Positions 13,524-26,192 of a stretch of DNA of 57,627 nucleotides are shown here, piece after piece. Source of the DNA: Obrimoposthia wandeli (lineage: Eukaryota). Each line of letters opens with the position of its first letter. The first letter of the stretch is position 1. The position numbers were made by a program, and so were the translations under genes. The notes under the pieces were generated by a model. That model was not told where the DNA came from. It did no database searches and saw only the letters and a program-made list of their open reading frames with translations. The stretch spans positions 1-57,627 of the forward strand of contig CDROCS010006758.1 of the NCBI GenBank assembly GCA_977020255.1, in the 5' to 3' direction.

Positions 13524-15900
13524 ATACACATTCATTTTCTCAAACATAACTTCTTCATTGATTAATTTGATTAAAATATATATTGTCTCCTTTTGGTTTG
13601 CTCTTTGTATACAACGACCATATCCTTTTAATAATCCTCGCGCTGCACGTCTGCATGTCAGGTTTTCATAACTGTGTTTAACCAATTCTGTTCGCAATAC
13701 TCCTAATTTTTGTGATTTAACTTTTTCTAACTTTATAAAAACTTCCGGAGCTTTGCTTGCTTCATCCAGAGATTGACTCAATATTTCTTTAGCTTCACTA
13801 AGTATTTCGTTGACATTTTCGATACTATTTGTGTTTATTGCTGTATCTATGTGATCAGTCATAGGTTGTGCATTACAACTCTTTTTCATGAGTGTTTTGT
13901 ACGCTTCTAATATTCGATTCATAAAATCATTAATCTCTTCTGTAGTGTGATGTTTTTTTACCTTAACGTGATAACATAGATTAATTCGATATCTTTGTGT
14001 GGGTGAGTTCTCAATTATTCTCAACATTTGTTCAAATTTATGGTAATTATATTCAAAATATATTTCATGTCTAAGTTCTATCTCACGCTTTCTATCATTT
14101 ATGTAACTAAAATTTCCTTTTGGTTTCGATTAACTTTTACGACTATTCGAATTTTCAACATTATTATTATATCTTCCTGAATTATTGTATCTCTCGGCTA
14201 CGTGCTGTATATCTGTATAATTATTATATCTTCCTGGTGACTGTTGTCTATCCATATACTGATTATTCGTTCTCCATTATGGTGGAGTATACCTGCCACC
14301 TATATTCCATGATGAGGATGAGTTATATCCTCTGTAATTACTATTACCAAATTCTTTTCATCTTGTACAATTGCTTGCGTAATGATCCATTTGTTTACAT
14401 ATATAATGCTGCATTTTTCTCGAATATCTAGCTTATTCTGTTTATCTTTGAACTGCACTCGACGACTATTCTGTATATTTTCATATCGTCCTCTAAAATC
14501 ATTTATTTGGAAATTGGATTCATAAGAAATTGGATTATTGAATTTTCTATCTCTATCTCCTGAATTATTTCTCAATCGAGAGTCATTTCGCTCTCCTCTG
14601 TTCACACTATTATTCCGATCATCTCCTCTCCAGTTAAGGCCATTTCCTGAATTGTTTATTATCGAATTTAATGTTTCTTTGATCATAAAATTCCCTGTTA
14701 TTCTCTGTTCTTCTATTTATCGAATAATTTTAATTTATATTACTCGAATAATATATCTCAAATCATCTCTATTTCTACTTCTGAAATGATATCTATTTCC
14801 GTTAATAAATTCATATCTTTTCTCAAATCTATTTATATCTTTGAAATCGTATTGTCCATAATTTTAACTTTGAAAAGTATTTGGTTCTGTCGTACTCACA
14901 AACACTCTTGTCTTATTATCATAATTTGTCGTAACTGCGTAAATCGCTAATGCTGCATGTTTCAAAATATTATTCTCAATTTCTCTCGCTTTTCGTACGG
15001 CTTTATCAAAATCATTTGTATCTAATACTGCTAATAACACTTTAATATCCTTGTTCAGTCCACTTCTTAATATATCTAGCAAAACTTCTGCAATTTCGCA
15101 TTCATTCCGATTATCTCCTGCTAATTGTACTTATGCAGCTACAGGTTCGCCTGCATGATTTCTCAATATTTTTCTTGGATGCGCTCGTGCTGCAAAGTTC
15201 TCAAAATATACGCGTATTCATTCACGCTTTCATCATGTTTATGTTTCCGTTCTCTCAAATTTCGTTATTCACTTTCACTAAATCTCCCAATACCAATTTT
15301 CCTATAAAAGCATTTTCCAATGTTTCCAATTTTCACGTTCTGCTTCTGTCATATGTTTATAAACCTCGAGTGCTAATCCTGTCAAATGTGCTTGTACGCG
15401 GACATATGTTTCTATATCGTTTCATCCTTAAACATCTGCGCAACTTCTTCAATATTCTTCGATAAAGTCATAAATACTTTCCTCATCTCCTTTAAACTTC
15501 ACGATCTGCAGTGAGCCTGTAAATTTGGGTCTCAACGTCGCATTCAAAACTTGTGTTAACTGTTCCACATTCATATTACCTGGATTTGCCATATTCTCCT
15601 TAATTACCTTTTCAATATTATTCAAATTAATATCCTCAATCTCTTCTGGAATACGATTTCAATTTCTTCTTGATTTACTTCAATATCTTCTTGACTCACT
15701 TCGCCGATTAAGTAAGTCAAATCAAAACTGTCGGTTGAAACTGCTGACCGATTTATGTCTCTAATAATACTGTTTCTTCGGCTCTAAATTCTTCTGTAAC
15801 TTCTTTATCTGCACGAGGAACCTGTTCAACTTGGCTCTGTCTGTTATTGTTTATATCTTCTCGAGAAAACTGTTCAACTTGACTTTGTCTTCTAGTATTA
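13524..15900 (-). pseudogene. Ty3/Gypsy-like gag plus downstream unknown ORF (element A)
   Basis: Manual translation gives KFKGDEESIYDFIEEY, LTGLALEVY...WKTLENAF and ILRSGLNKDIK...FDKAVRKAREIE (retrotransposon capsid-like), an R/N-rich segment, then the 170 aa ORF at 13515-14027. Confidence 0.7.
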
Positions 15901-16317
15901 AACGCGGGTCATCCTTGATTATCCGTTATCTTATCAAATACGAATTTATTTATCTCTTTACAATTTCGATTCTCTAATTTCTTTTATCTCTTACATCTCG
16001 ATTACTCAACTATTATTTTACAAACTATTATATCAATTTATCCGCTTCGAGGAACCTATTCAACTTAATTTTTCACCTTATTCAATTTATCTATTCAAGG
16101 AAGTTATTCGCCTCGATTAACGTATTGATTCTCTTATTAATTCTCTTATTTTCTATTCAATTCTCTTATTATATCTCTTATTCAATTTTTATTTTCAAGT
16201 AAATTATTCTCCATTCGCTTATATACTCTTATTCTCTTATTCTTCTTAATTTCTTCTAAAACTTCTTCTCAAATTATCTCTCTATTCTATCTGAATTCAC
16301 TGTGTCTGACGAGCTAT

Positions 16318-16334
16318 CCTCATTTGGGGTACCA
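16318..16334 (-). promoter_or_regulatory. Primer-binding site of element A (TGGTACCCCAAATGAGG)
   Basis: TGG-initiated, between LTR-like sequence and the gag leader; TGGTACCCCA is complementary to a ...UGGGGUACCA tRNA 3' end such as tRNA-Arg(CCU) (inference). Copy 2 is at 53789-53805. Confidence 0.55.
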
Positions 16335-16342
16335 ATTTAATA

Positions 16343-17645
16343 TGTTGGGGTTTCTCCGGAGACCCCCAATCTGAGTTCTGTAGCGATAGGGTTTACAGAC
16401 GTACGTGGCCTACCTATTCTAATTTTCTAAAGGTTTGTCTCACTTATCTGAAGGTTTCTATTTGTGTTATGTTATTTTGTGTTGTGTATGGAGATTATGT
16501 TCAATATAACTAGAGGGACCCTAAAACTATTGTGGTGTGGTGTGAGGCTGATGTATTGAGTCGGTTAATCTAATTATGATTTTATTTCAAACAAGGGTCT
16601 GATACAATCAAGACCAAAATTAAGCAAATGAAGCCAGAACCAAGCAACGCTAACGACGACCCTCTGAATATATCATGATCTGAGTCATCATCATGTGGTT
16701 AGCTCTCAGCTGGCTTTTACATTAGTGAATCCGAAGATGCTGTGAGGCTGCTTATTTCTAAAACACAATTCGTGAGATTACTCTAAAATACTAATTTTAT
16801 TCCTTAATACACCAGAGTGGAGATTGCTTAAAACAATTAGGTTACTGCTAAAACTCCAAGGGAAATAGGGCGACACTCTAACCGGTATTTTATTAGTTTA
16901 ATTAGAAAATATTATTCCAATCTACTTCTTTTCAAAATACGTTTCCTTACTAAATTTCTAATGTCAATGTAACTTTTACACGTCTTTTTACACAATAGCT
17001 TAGCTTTCAATAGCTTTGACTAATACACGAATTACACTGAATTTAATTTATCCGTTCGTCTATCTCTTGTTACTTGTACTGCGTTTACTCTGGTGCGATT
17101 GAAACTCTTTACTGTGATCTATATCTTATTGCTTGTTTCCGAATTCGCCTTGTATTCGTTTTGCTATTTTTAAATTATTGACAAAATTGTTTATTTTTAC
17201 GCTTAAAGTTTTAGTGTGCTGAATTGGAACGTGTGCTGAATCGGAATGTCAATATGGTCGGGTTGCTTATGGTCAGTGTTACTGTAGGCCAGATGTTCGG
17301 AATTATTCGAAATAGATTTCTGCTATCAGTTTCTGACTCCTTCAAACCTGAATTCCGCTGTCGGAATGCACAATTCTAAATATAGAATTTTTCTGAAACT
17401 GAACTTTTTTGTAATTTAATGACTTCGAATTTCCAAAGCCTTTTTGTAAAATTTTTTGTTTATTAAATACACATTTTATGACCTCTTCAAGGTCTCAATT
17501 TACTCAATATTATATATCATAAATTTATTTTCAATTTAATTCTAATTTAACCTTGTTTGTTTTTTTACATTTTACAAATTTTCCTAATCTAACAATATTA
17601 CAGATAACTTAACTACAGCAGTTAAATAACAAATGATAGCAGTAA
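16343..17645 (-). mobile_element. LTR of element A
   Basis: Upstream of PBS and gag; the reverse complement of 16350-16400 matches 21515-21555, and that of 17478-17496 matches 20145-20163. Confidence 0.6.
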
Positions 17646-17649
17646 ATAT

Positions 17650-18770
17650 GATGGCTAAAAGCCAGTGATATCATGTATCAGTTGACAGATTTTACGAGGG
17701 AGGGAGTATTGCGAGATTATTGGGAAGTCAGCCCCCAAGTAAGAAAATAGTCATAGCGACTACATGTTTATGTCTTCAGTTAACAGAAAGGACAAGTAAA
17801 CCGAAAGAAATCAAACAAGGAATAAATGAGGAAATGTTTCTGATTGAAAAATATTTCAACAACGTATCGACAAAAACGGAAGATGGATAAAATTGAGTTA
17901 TTATGCTTAAACATTTATAGAAGTAACCTAAGTCGACGGTGAACAAATTCATTAAAATTGTGACAAAACGAATAAACAGTGTAGTGAAATTGAAAAAAAA
18001 TAATCAACCTAACAATGACGAGGATGATGTTAGTTACGTTTATGGGAATGCAACATCTCATGAGCAGTGGTAGCGTATAATTGCAGACTACCAAAGATGG
18101 GACAGAAGTACTCAATACTTGACAGTGAAGATTGACCAGAATCACAACCCCCGAAATTGACAGTAGTAGGTATAGCAAATTATTTTGTTTATCAAGAAGT
18201 CGATAAATTACAAGTTGAAGTAAGAGAATATATAATTCACCTAAGTTATCAAGAGTTCTACTGTGGATAAAGAAGTACACAATATATTCTTAGAGATTGT
18301 GCGGAGGAGTTTAGAACAGGAAGAATACTAATAGATAAAGAATATCAACATGTAGCTAAAGTTGTTATACGCCGATATGAAGTAGTTACGAGAATAGGAA
18401 GACGATGGGATAATGGGGCTTGCATCGAAAAAGCTAGATATGTATGCGGTACATTTGTTCATTAATTGGTACTATATACATTGTACGAAATAGAATTGAA
18501 GACAAGCACAGCTAGTTTTGATATAACTATGAAACGAATTTTGAAATAGCCAGAATGTAAAGCGTCAGGTATGTATTTTCATACAGGCAACTCCACAATA
18601 GAGAAACCCGAGAAAAGTTTCTTTAGTACTATAAAAGTGAAATGTAATAAAAAAAAGAGTTATATAATAAAGGATGTACGGGATTTCATGACACAACATG
18701 AGCAATGCTGATATCACCCACACTACTAATGGTGACATTAGCTGAAGATGTAAAAAAGGATAATAAGGTA
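17650..18770 (+). pseudogene. 5' fragment of chuvirus/gB-like envelope gene
   Basis: Nucleotide-homologous to 23390-24500 (e.g. aaacaaggaataaa...atgtttctgattgaaaa; agttctactgtggata). Confidence 0.65.
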
Positions 18771-18772
18771 TA

Positions 18773-18774
18773 TT

Positions 18775-18813
<39 letters not shown>

Positions 18814-18897
18814 TGACGTAATCAGTGCAAACTAATCACTTGCAGTTACTAGGGGATTCCTCGTTCATGTGGAAAAATTGCAATCCACAATTCCTGA
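18773..18897 (-). pseudogene. 18S rRNA 3'-region fragment (~125 nt)
   Basis: Reverse complement contains the universal TTGTACACACCGCCCGTCGCTACTACCGATTGAA; flanks are not rRNA. Confidence 0.92.
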
Positions 18898-19129
18898 TAT
18901 GGCAGTGTTTAAAGTCAGTACTACAAACTTTGGTAACGCAAGGGACAACATTTTTTGAGTGTACATGGAAGTTGAAAACGTGAATCCTAAACAAATTTAT
19001 TTACTTCTAATGGTTGACAAAAAATAAAAATATATTAAACTAAATGATACGAACAATCACTATATACTGACATAGGGTATGTACAAATGTATTTATTTCA
19101 CAATAGAAACATTTGATTAAAACGATTTT

Positions 19130-19560
19130 CTTTCAACAGTTTTGTACTTGAATAATATATTTATAATGAAGCTATCCTTCTTTTGATGGAGTAATGGTAC
19201 TTTGTTGTGCCAGTCACTGTTATGATCGAGTCATATTAAGACTTGATCTCTTTTACCCTTTGTTCAATCAGTTTAACTCTGCATGTAGACAATCTCGGTA
19301 GATTCAGTATTCTTTAGGGTATCTACAAACGATATAGGATCATGAATCACTGCTTCCTTTTTCTGCTGCATGTGAGGCTCACTTTTAAAAGTTCGTCAAT
19401 TTTATTCACAGTGCTGTTGTCATGCATGACGCAAAGAAGTGTCAAACAAATCGTATGCCAACTTTATGTTCAGGAATGAAGAGGTAATAAAAATTGAACT
19501 TATATGATAATGGTGACGCTGACGTATCATTGAAGATATTATTGATATAATTACAAATAT
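19130..19560 (-). pseudogene. Highly degenerate DNA-transposase remnant (family uncertain)
   Basis: Traces such as IFNDTSAS..YKFNF, HFFAS and VTGTTKYH resemble SDG..QFKN / FFATSHGK / GT.K.H transposase motifs. Confidence 0.3.
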
Positions 19561-19979
19561 AGAATATGTGTTAGGTGTTTGATGGAAAAAGTATCTCTAT
19601 AAGTTTATAATACTTTAAAATATTGGAATCTTATTAATAAATTTGTTGGATTATGCATCAATACTACAGCAAGTAATACAGAACTATATAATGGTTCAGC
19701 CCACTTATTAGACAGCATATTTTATTCAAATTTAGTTATTGGAATTAGTAGTAGGTTATGTATTCAAATATTCATTCGTACCTTCTAATCAATCAAATAT
19801 AAATAATTATTTAAATTTTCAAAATTTTAAAAGCGTTTACGTTAATAATAAAATATTTTAAAATAGATTACATAGGTCACCAAGATTAAATTTACATAAT
19901 ACTGATATAGCAGGTATAATATAAATACTTGATAATGGTTGCAAACATATAAGAAACGACTACCAGGAATGCTGCAAGA

Positions 19980-21590
19980 TACTAAGTAGAATTGCATTAA
20001 AAAAATCAAACTGTTAAGATTAGGAACTTATAGAATTAAAAAAATGACTATAAAATAAGAAAAAAGTAAAAACCTTGAATTAAAGGTTAAACAAAATAAA
20101 TTAAAATTAAAATAAAAATTAATAAAATTAAAATAAAAATGGTTAGGACCTTGAAGAGGCCATGTGCGTTGTGTGGTATATATAGGACAGTTAATTAATT
20201 AACGAGGCACAAAGAAGGAGTTAGATAGACAAAAAAGCAGAAACAAGTGAAAAAGGAAAAATCGAGAAAGTTCAATTAATTATGGAGTGTGAGAAAAAGT
20301 CCGTCTGGCCATCAGTCCCAGACGTCTCCTGCAAAGAAATATACAAGTATCTCATATAGAAAAAAAGCATACGAGGATCTCAGAAGAGGAAAGTGCCATA
20401 TGTGAATCATCGTCACTGTAAGTACGTTAAGTGGCACTAATTGACTTTCTGTTTTTTTTAAAAGTATAAAAGTATATCAGACGGGAAAAGTGTATAATCG
20501 CCAATTTAGTATTACTGCGAAAAGGAAAAGTGTATAATCGCCAATTTAGTATTACTGCGAAAAATAAAAGTGTGCAAGCGGCGGATCAGTGTTGCTGCGG
20601 AAAATACTCAAGTAAGCAACGAGTTTCAGACAGAATTCCCATAATCCAATAAACTACTTTAGCAGAGATACCGGCACGATAGAAACAAATCAGATCGGTT
20701 AAAACTGAGGAGAAGCCGAGACAAGAAACTTAGATCATGAATCTCGACAGAAGAGAAACCAGGACTTTGTGGACCTATCGGAAGATTTATCGACCTGATA
20801 GAGAGAGGTGAAAGGTTGTGAGAAAAAGAAAGGACATTGTAATTTGTAATTTTGATCGTTTTAATATCGTTAAATATAATATTCACACACGTGAATTTGA
20901 ATAGGAATTTTAATCGTTTTAAGATCGTTAAATCTGTTATTCACACAGGTGAATTATAACTTTGAATTTGAGTTTGTTCGTTTTTAAGGGAACGCTGAAT
21001 TGATCGTTTTAAGGGATAGTTGAGTTAGTTACACACACCCGAACAAACTCCGTTGGAAAAGTGAGGCTGTTTTGATAAACACGTAGCTTGATACCCCAAT
21101 TTAAGTAAGAAGACAGAGTAAAGTCAATTCGGAAACTTGAACCTAAGAGACGTAAAAAAGTGAACCTCTAAAATCACTAGGCCGAATTAAAATCAATACA
21201 TTAGGTTAAAGTCATCCTTGTTTACCGTATGTCGAGGCGAGTGTAATAAGACCAGTTATTGTCAACTGTAGAACCTTTTCTTTAGCTAGGTGTGAATTAA
21301 TATAGTTTTTTCCTACAAGTCAAGTAAAGTTATTTCGGTTAATCCCATATGGAAATAGAACGATACGAATCTCTCTACACACAACACTACATTAGCGGAA
21401 ACTCTTCTGGTGCATTGTGAACACAAATCTTTACACACCCTGCAACACATTAGAACAAGAAACCCTCAGAATTGAGGCTAAATAAAATAAACCCAAAGAA
21501 TATGCCCCATCCTTCTGTAAGCCCTATTGCTACAGAACTCACGTTGGGGACCTCCATAAGAGGATCTAGTTTCGAATAGAAAAAACTATT
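19980..21590 (+). mobile_element. LTR of element B
   Basis: Same conserved motifs as LTR A in the opposite orientation; TATA-like GGTATATATAGG at ~20176; precedes ORFs homologous to element A. Confidence 0.6.
20484..20563 (+). repeat. Perfect 40 bp tandem duplication inside LTR B
   Basis: GGAAAAGTGTATAATCGCCAATTTAGTATTACTGCGAAAA x2. Confidence 0.9.
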
Positions 21591-22059
21591 AAAGCCTGGT
21601 CCAGTATCTAATGTACGATTGATGTCAAAAATTATATACTCCTATATTGAATATAGATACTAGTGAAGAAATGCAATCTTTCATTTTATTTATTTTATGC
21701 GGTTATATCCACTTCTGGATAGACGCACTAAGTCCTCAAAGAGAAGCATAAAATGACTCTCTTATGCTATGTAAATGGAGAAAATCGTATCGTTTAAATA
21801 ATAATATGAATAATCTTATAAATACTGCAAATAAAAATATTCAAAATGCGTACCAATTTTATATTTATGTAGTCCAAAATGTTCCAGCAGTAAATGATGC
21901 AACAAAAAGAGCCTTATATAAATATAAAAAAGCTATTTTGAAATCTAAAATTGAAGATAAAATACAAAAAATGGTATGCCTGATGTAAATATAAACATAT
22001 TATATATTTTTTCTTTTCTTTCCATTGTTCTATTGTTCATTGTGAAATAGATTTGAAGA

Positions 22060-22560
22060 TAATGATAATAAATTTTAACGAATGTTGGGAATAATTGGGA
22101 ACTCACACACACAAAGATAACGAATTCATCTACATTAGCACGTAAGGGTAAAAACACCACAGCAGAGAAGAGTTTAATGATTTGATGAATAGAATACTAG
22201 AAGCGTGTGAAACAACTATGGAAAACATGTAGAAACAGTGATAAATTCAGACAGTATAAAAGATGTAAACAAAATATTTAGTGAAGCTGAAAAGTACTGG
22301 GCCAGCATCTGAACAAAGTAAGTGAAGCTCCGGAAATCTTAAAAATTTACAAAAAGTTAATTCACACAAATTGGGAGAATTGCGAACATAATTGATTAAA
22401 AACAGTCACGATAACGTGATATATAGACATTTAACGCTTGAATTATTTAAAATGATATGGTCGTTATGTACAGAAAACAAACCAAAAGAAGATCACAAAT
22501 ATTTTAGTCAGATTAATTAATGGAAACCTTTTACTCGAGAAACTTAATGTATACCAGACA
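22060..22560 (+). pseudogene. Diverged homolog of the element A 170 aa ORF
   Basis: gaatgttgggaataattgggaactcacacacacaaagat matches aaatgttgagaataattgagaactcacccacacaaagat; shared SEAPE...KLG.LRT.L.K.S motif. Confidence 0.7.
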
Positions 22561-23389
22561 ATAAAGACTATTCGAAAGAGGGTAGCACAGAAAACTGGGA
22601 TAGACGGAATGAATTTGCTATTTCATTTCGACAGAAGATCGTTAGACGATGAGGACATACCAGTTGAGTACAGATATCCAATAGAAAACGAATCAGAGGA
22701 AAATATTATTCACTAGAAACGCTAAAATTACATATAGATATTAGGCTGAACCGAACCAGAGTGTAAATAATGATATAAAAGAAGTCTGGAACCGAACGTC
22801 CACACCTAAGGAAGACTACAATGGACCATAAATCAATAAACGAGATACAAGTTATTAGACCGACAGGGCATGATCAAGTTATGAATGCAGCCGAACAAGT
22901 TAGAGAAGATGAAGTATCGGAGATTGTAGGTCTAAATTCACCAAATTGGCATGTTGCATCAAGAGATACACAAGCTGATCAGACAGTACGACAAAGCGAA
23001 GAAATACAATATAACAATGTATCGTAATATCAAACAGATTATCAAACGGAGAATTAATACTTATGAAGAGGACGAGGAAGACCTAGAAAAGATGAGAGTG
23101 CACTCTGAAACATTTTGTCTGCACCTCAGACTAAGGAAGAGAAACACTACTGTATTGTACAGTTGGCAGCATCATTAAAACAGTACAGCGCAGTGCAAAA
23201 TGAAAAGTAAGAGTTAATTCGAATTTGGATGTTTCGAGAAATAAGAAAATAATTATATTTATTATCAGGCAGGGAAAGCCGAAGTTGTTGAAAATGTACA
23301 AAGATGAAACCACTGGTATTACAGACAATTTGACTAAAGCAGTTAGGTCACAAATGTCAGCAATAAAAAGAAAGATTGCGAATCAATGA

Positions 23390-25500
23390 TATCATGTATC
23401 AGTAGACAATTTATACGATGACGAAGTTATTGCAAGATTGATGGGAACTCAACCCACTAGTAAAAATTAATTACAGCGATTACATATTTATATTTTTAAT
23501 TAACAGAAAGTACGAGTCGACCTAATGAAGTCAAACAAGGAATAAACGAAGCAATGTTTCTGATTGAAAATGTATTACAATAATGTATCAATAAGAACGG
23601 AGAATGGATAAAACTGAATGATTATGCTAAAACATTTATAGAAGCTACTGAAGATGATGACGAACAAATTCATGAGAATCGTCAAAGAGAAAAAAACCCA
23701 ATACCATTCGAGAGACAGAACTAGTCATATGAATATATCTACAACGATGATAATGATGATGTCAGTCATGTTTATGGGACGAAAACATTCACCAGCACTG
23801 GTATCACACGATTGTAGCGTACTAAAGATGGAACAGAGGTATTCATTGCTTGACCAGAATCACAACCCTCAAAATGAACAATATAAGGTATAGAGATTTA
23901 TTTCAATTACCAGGAAGTCAATAGAGTACAAGTACAAGTAAGAGAGTGTTCTGTTCAACTGAGTTATCACGAGTTCTACTGTGGATACAGAAGTTTCTTA
24001 TCAGAAAAAAATACCTACTAAACCTTTTAAACCAACGTTCTTCAAAAATATTTTGAAGATGCGTTTCGAACAGGAAAAATACGAATAGATAAGAAATACG
24101 AACCCGAAGCCAAAATTGGTGTACGACGTTATGAAACAGTTACAAGAATAGAACAACGGTGAGATACTAGACCTTATTACGGAAAAGCAAGAGTCGTAAA
24201 AGTGGATTCTTTGGTATTAGATGCGAGTTACCAGATTTAACTGAAGACATAGACCGCCAGTTTTAATATAACTACGAAACACATTATGAAATATTCAGTG
24301 TAAAATGACTGACACATCTTAACACAATAATATATTAGGCAGACCAGCGAAAATGTTCTTTAATATTGCTAAAAAATCAAATTTAATATAGTAAAAGGTT
24401 TTCTGTATAATAAAGCAGGCGAAGGATTTGATAACATAACAGGATCGATTCACAAAACACCGACATCTACACTATTAATGGTGACATCAGCTGAAGAAAG
24501 ATTGAAATTTATTTAAGAAAAGAAAATAAGTCGCTATGTGGAATGACAATTTGTACTACAAACTATACTGGAATAGAACTAATAGTGATGGCTAGAGCTA
24601 AATTAGGTCGAAAGAAAATTATGTTACACACATATTTTAACAACAAAATCGACTTTTATTATCACAAAGATTAATACAAATGGAACAACTATATCAAATG
24701 ATGGTTGAAAGAAATTGTAAGTTAAATAAAGAGATAATAAGAACTCAGTTGGCACTAGCTATTACGAATCCAGACATGGTAGCGCCATGATTACCTTTAG
24801 ACGAAGGAGTATTTACTAAAACCATGGGAAAAATACTGTACACTTACAAGTGTAAAAACGTATAGGTACAATTAAAAACAGTCAGATAGATATACGAGTG
24901 AATTACCCGTAAAGTATAACTTAAAATATTATTTTGTAGAACCAATAAGAAGAATGATCCTTCCTAAACACACTTCAATTAAAGAATTCAATTGCTCTAA
25001 TATAATGGCACTTAAGTATTAACTTCTAAGCGGTCTATGGATAACATTGCCTGACTGTAAACCAACAGAGACTCCAAAAATGATAAAAATTACAACACTA
25101 ATTGGAAAGATGGAGTTCGAAGCTGTATAGAATGTTAAAAAGGCAGATTTATATAATAAGATGGACCTAAAGGCGGCCAGAAACGAAATAACTTTTCCAG
25201 TAAGAAAGACCAGGATACTCACGGAAATAGTGCATCGTACAATTTCTCCAATAGCCACATGTGCAAATTTTGATATAATTTTATCAGCGCGTCACTTCAA
25301 AGAAGCGGCACATCAAAAAATTAGGAAAATGTGGTGAAAATTCCTCATTTTAGAACAGTTATTCTCAGGTATAATAAGAATTTATGTCATAATTAAATTT
25401 GTACAAATAATTATAACTCAGGTATTGTTCACATATAGTTTATCATCTGGCAGCTTATAATAGGATGTTTTCCATTTTTAGAAAAGTATCTAATGCACCA
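23390..25500 (+). pseudogene. Chuvirus-type (gB-like, class III) envelope glycoprotein, decayed
   Basis: Manual translation: VQVQVRECSVQLSYHEFYCG; QLALAITNPDMVAP*LPLDEGVFTKTMGKILYTYKCKNV; SELPVKY..YFVEPIRR; LYNKMDLKAARNEITFP; C-terminal hydrophobic segment at ~25330-25470. Confidence 0.7.
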
Positions 25501-26192
25501 TCCTCACGAGAATGAATTGAGCCATCAGAAAGTAGCAACACCTAGCTAGAACTGTATCACGAGAACCAAGACATAGACAAGATTTTGATGACGATGATAA
25601 CGATGGTCGTGGAGACTTTTTCAAGATACCAAATATGGTATATGCAAAGATTCCACTGCAAAATAAAGAATATTCAGTACCAAACATATACCCAACAAAT
25701 GAACTGAATGAAGAAAAATATGTACAAAAGAAGAATTCTGATGATAAGAAGGCAGCGGAACCAAAGGAGATTAAAGATAATTCCTAAAGAATTCTGAAGG
25801 CAACAATATCTAACGAGAATTTAAATGCTCCTAGACAGAATGCTGTAGATCGTCCAACAACTTTGGTGGAAGCAGCAAGAAAACCGAACATTATCTTTGA
25901 AAATTTCAAGGCTGCCATCAAACGCCCGGGGAATCCTCGCTCCAGACTCTGACGAGGACCTCTTCGAAGAACCGACGGCAAATGATACAAGTTTCATACC
26001 GCCGACACAGGAGTAGGATCTGACTTCTTTAATTGACGAATACGACGACGTGACTCCGGTTCTTACATGCGATACTGTTGCTCGACAAACCAGCGACTGT
26101 ATTAGGGTAAACTTTGACGAGGAGAAAGATCTCACTCCTTTCTTCGACGAGTGACTACTCCAAGTCTCCCTGTAAGTAACAGCGCTCCAGCC

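Larger units (their letters stand above)
1..20167 (+). repeat. Copy 1 of ~37.4 kb-period tandem segmental duplication
   Basis: Position 1 (tacgtgaaatctattag) matches 37492; ORFs recur at ~37.42-37.49 kb offset (8147 vs 45571, 13515 vs 50984); the window end matches ~20167. Confidence 0.97.

Noticed and set aside
18773-18897. Functional rRNA gene
   Set aside because: Only ~125 nt of 18S, with no flanking rDNA.
22800-22910. Possible integrase GPY/F remnant (EDYNGP*) in element B
   Set aside because: Too short and degenerate, with no upstream DDE core.
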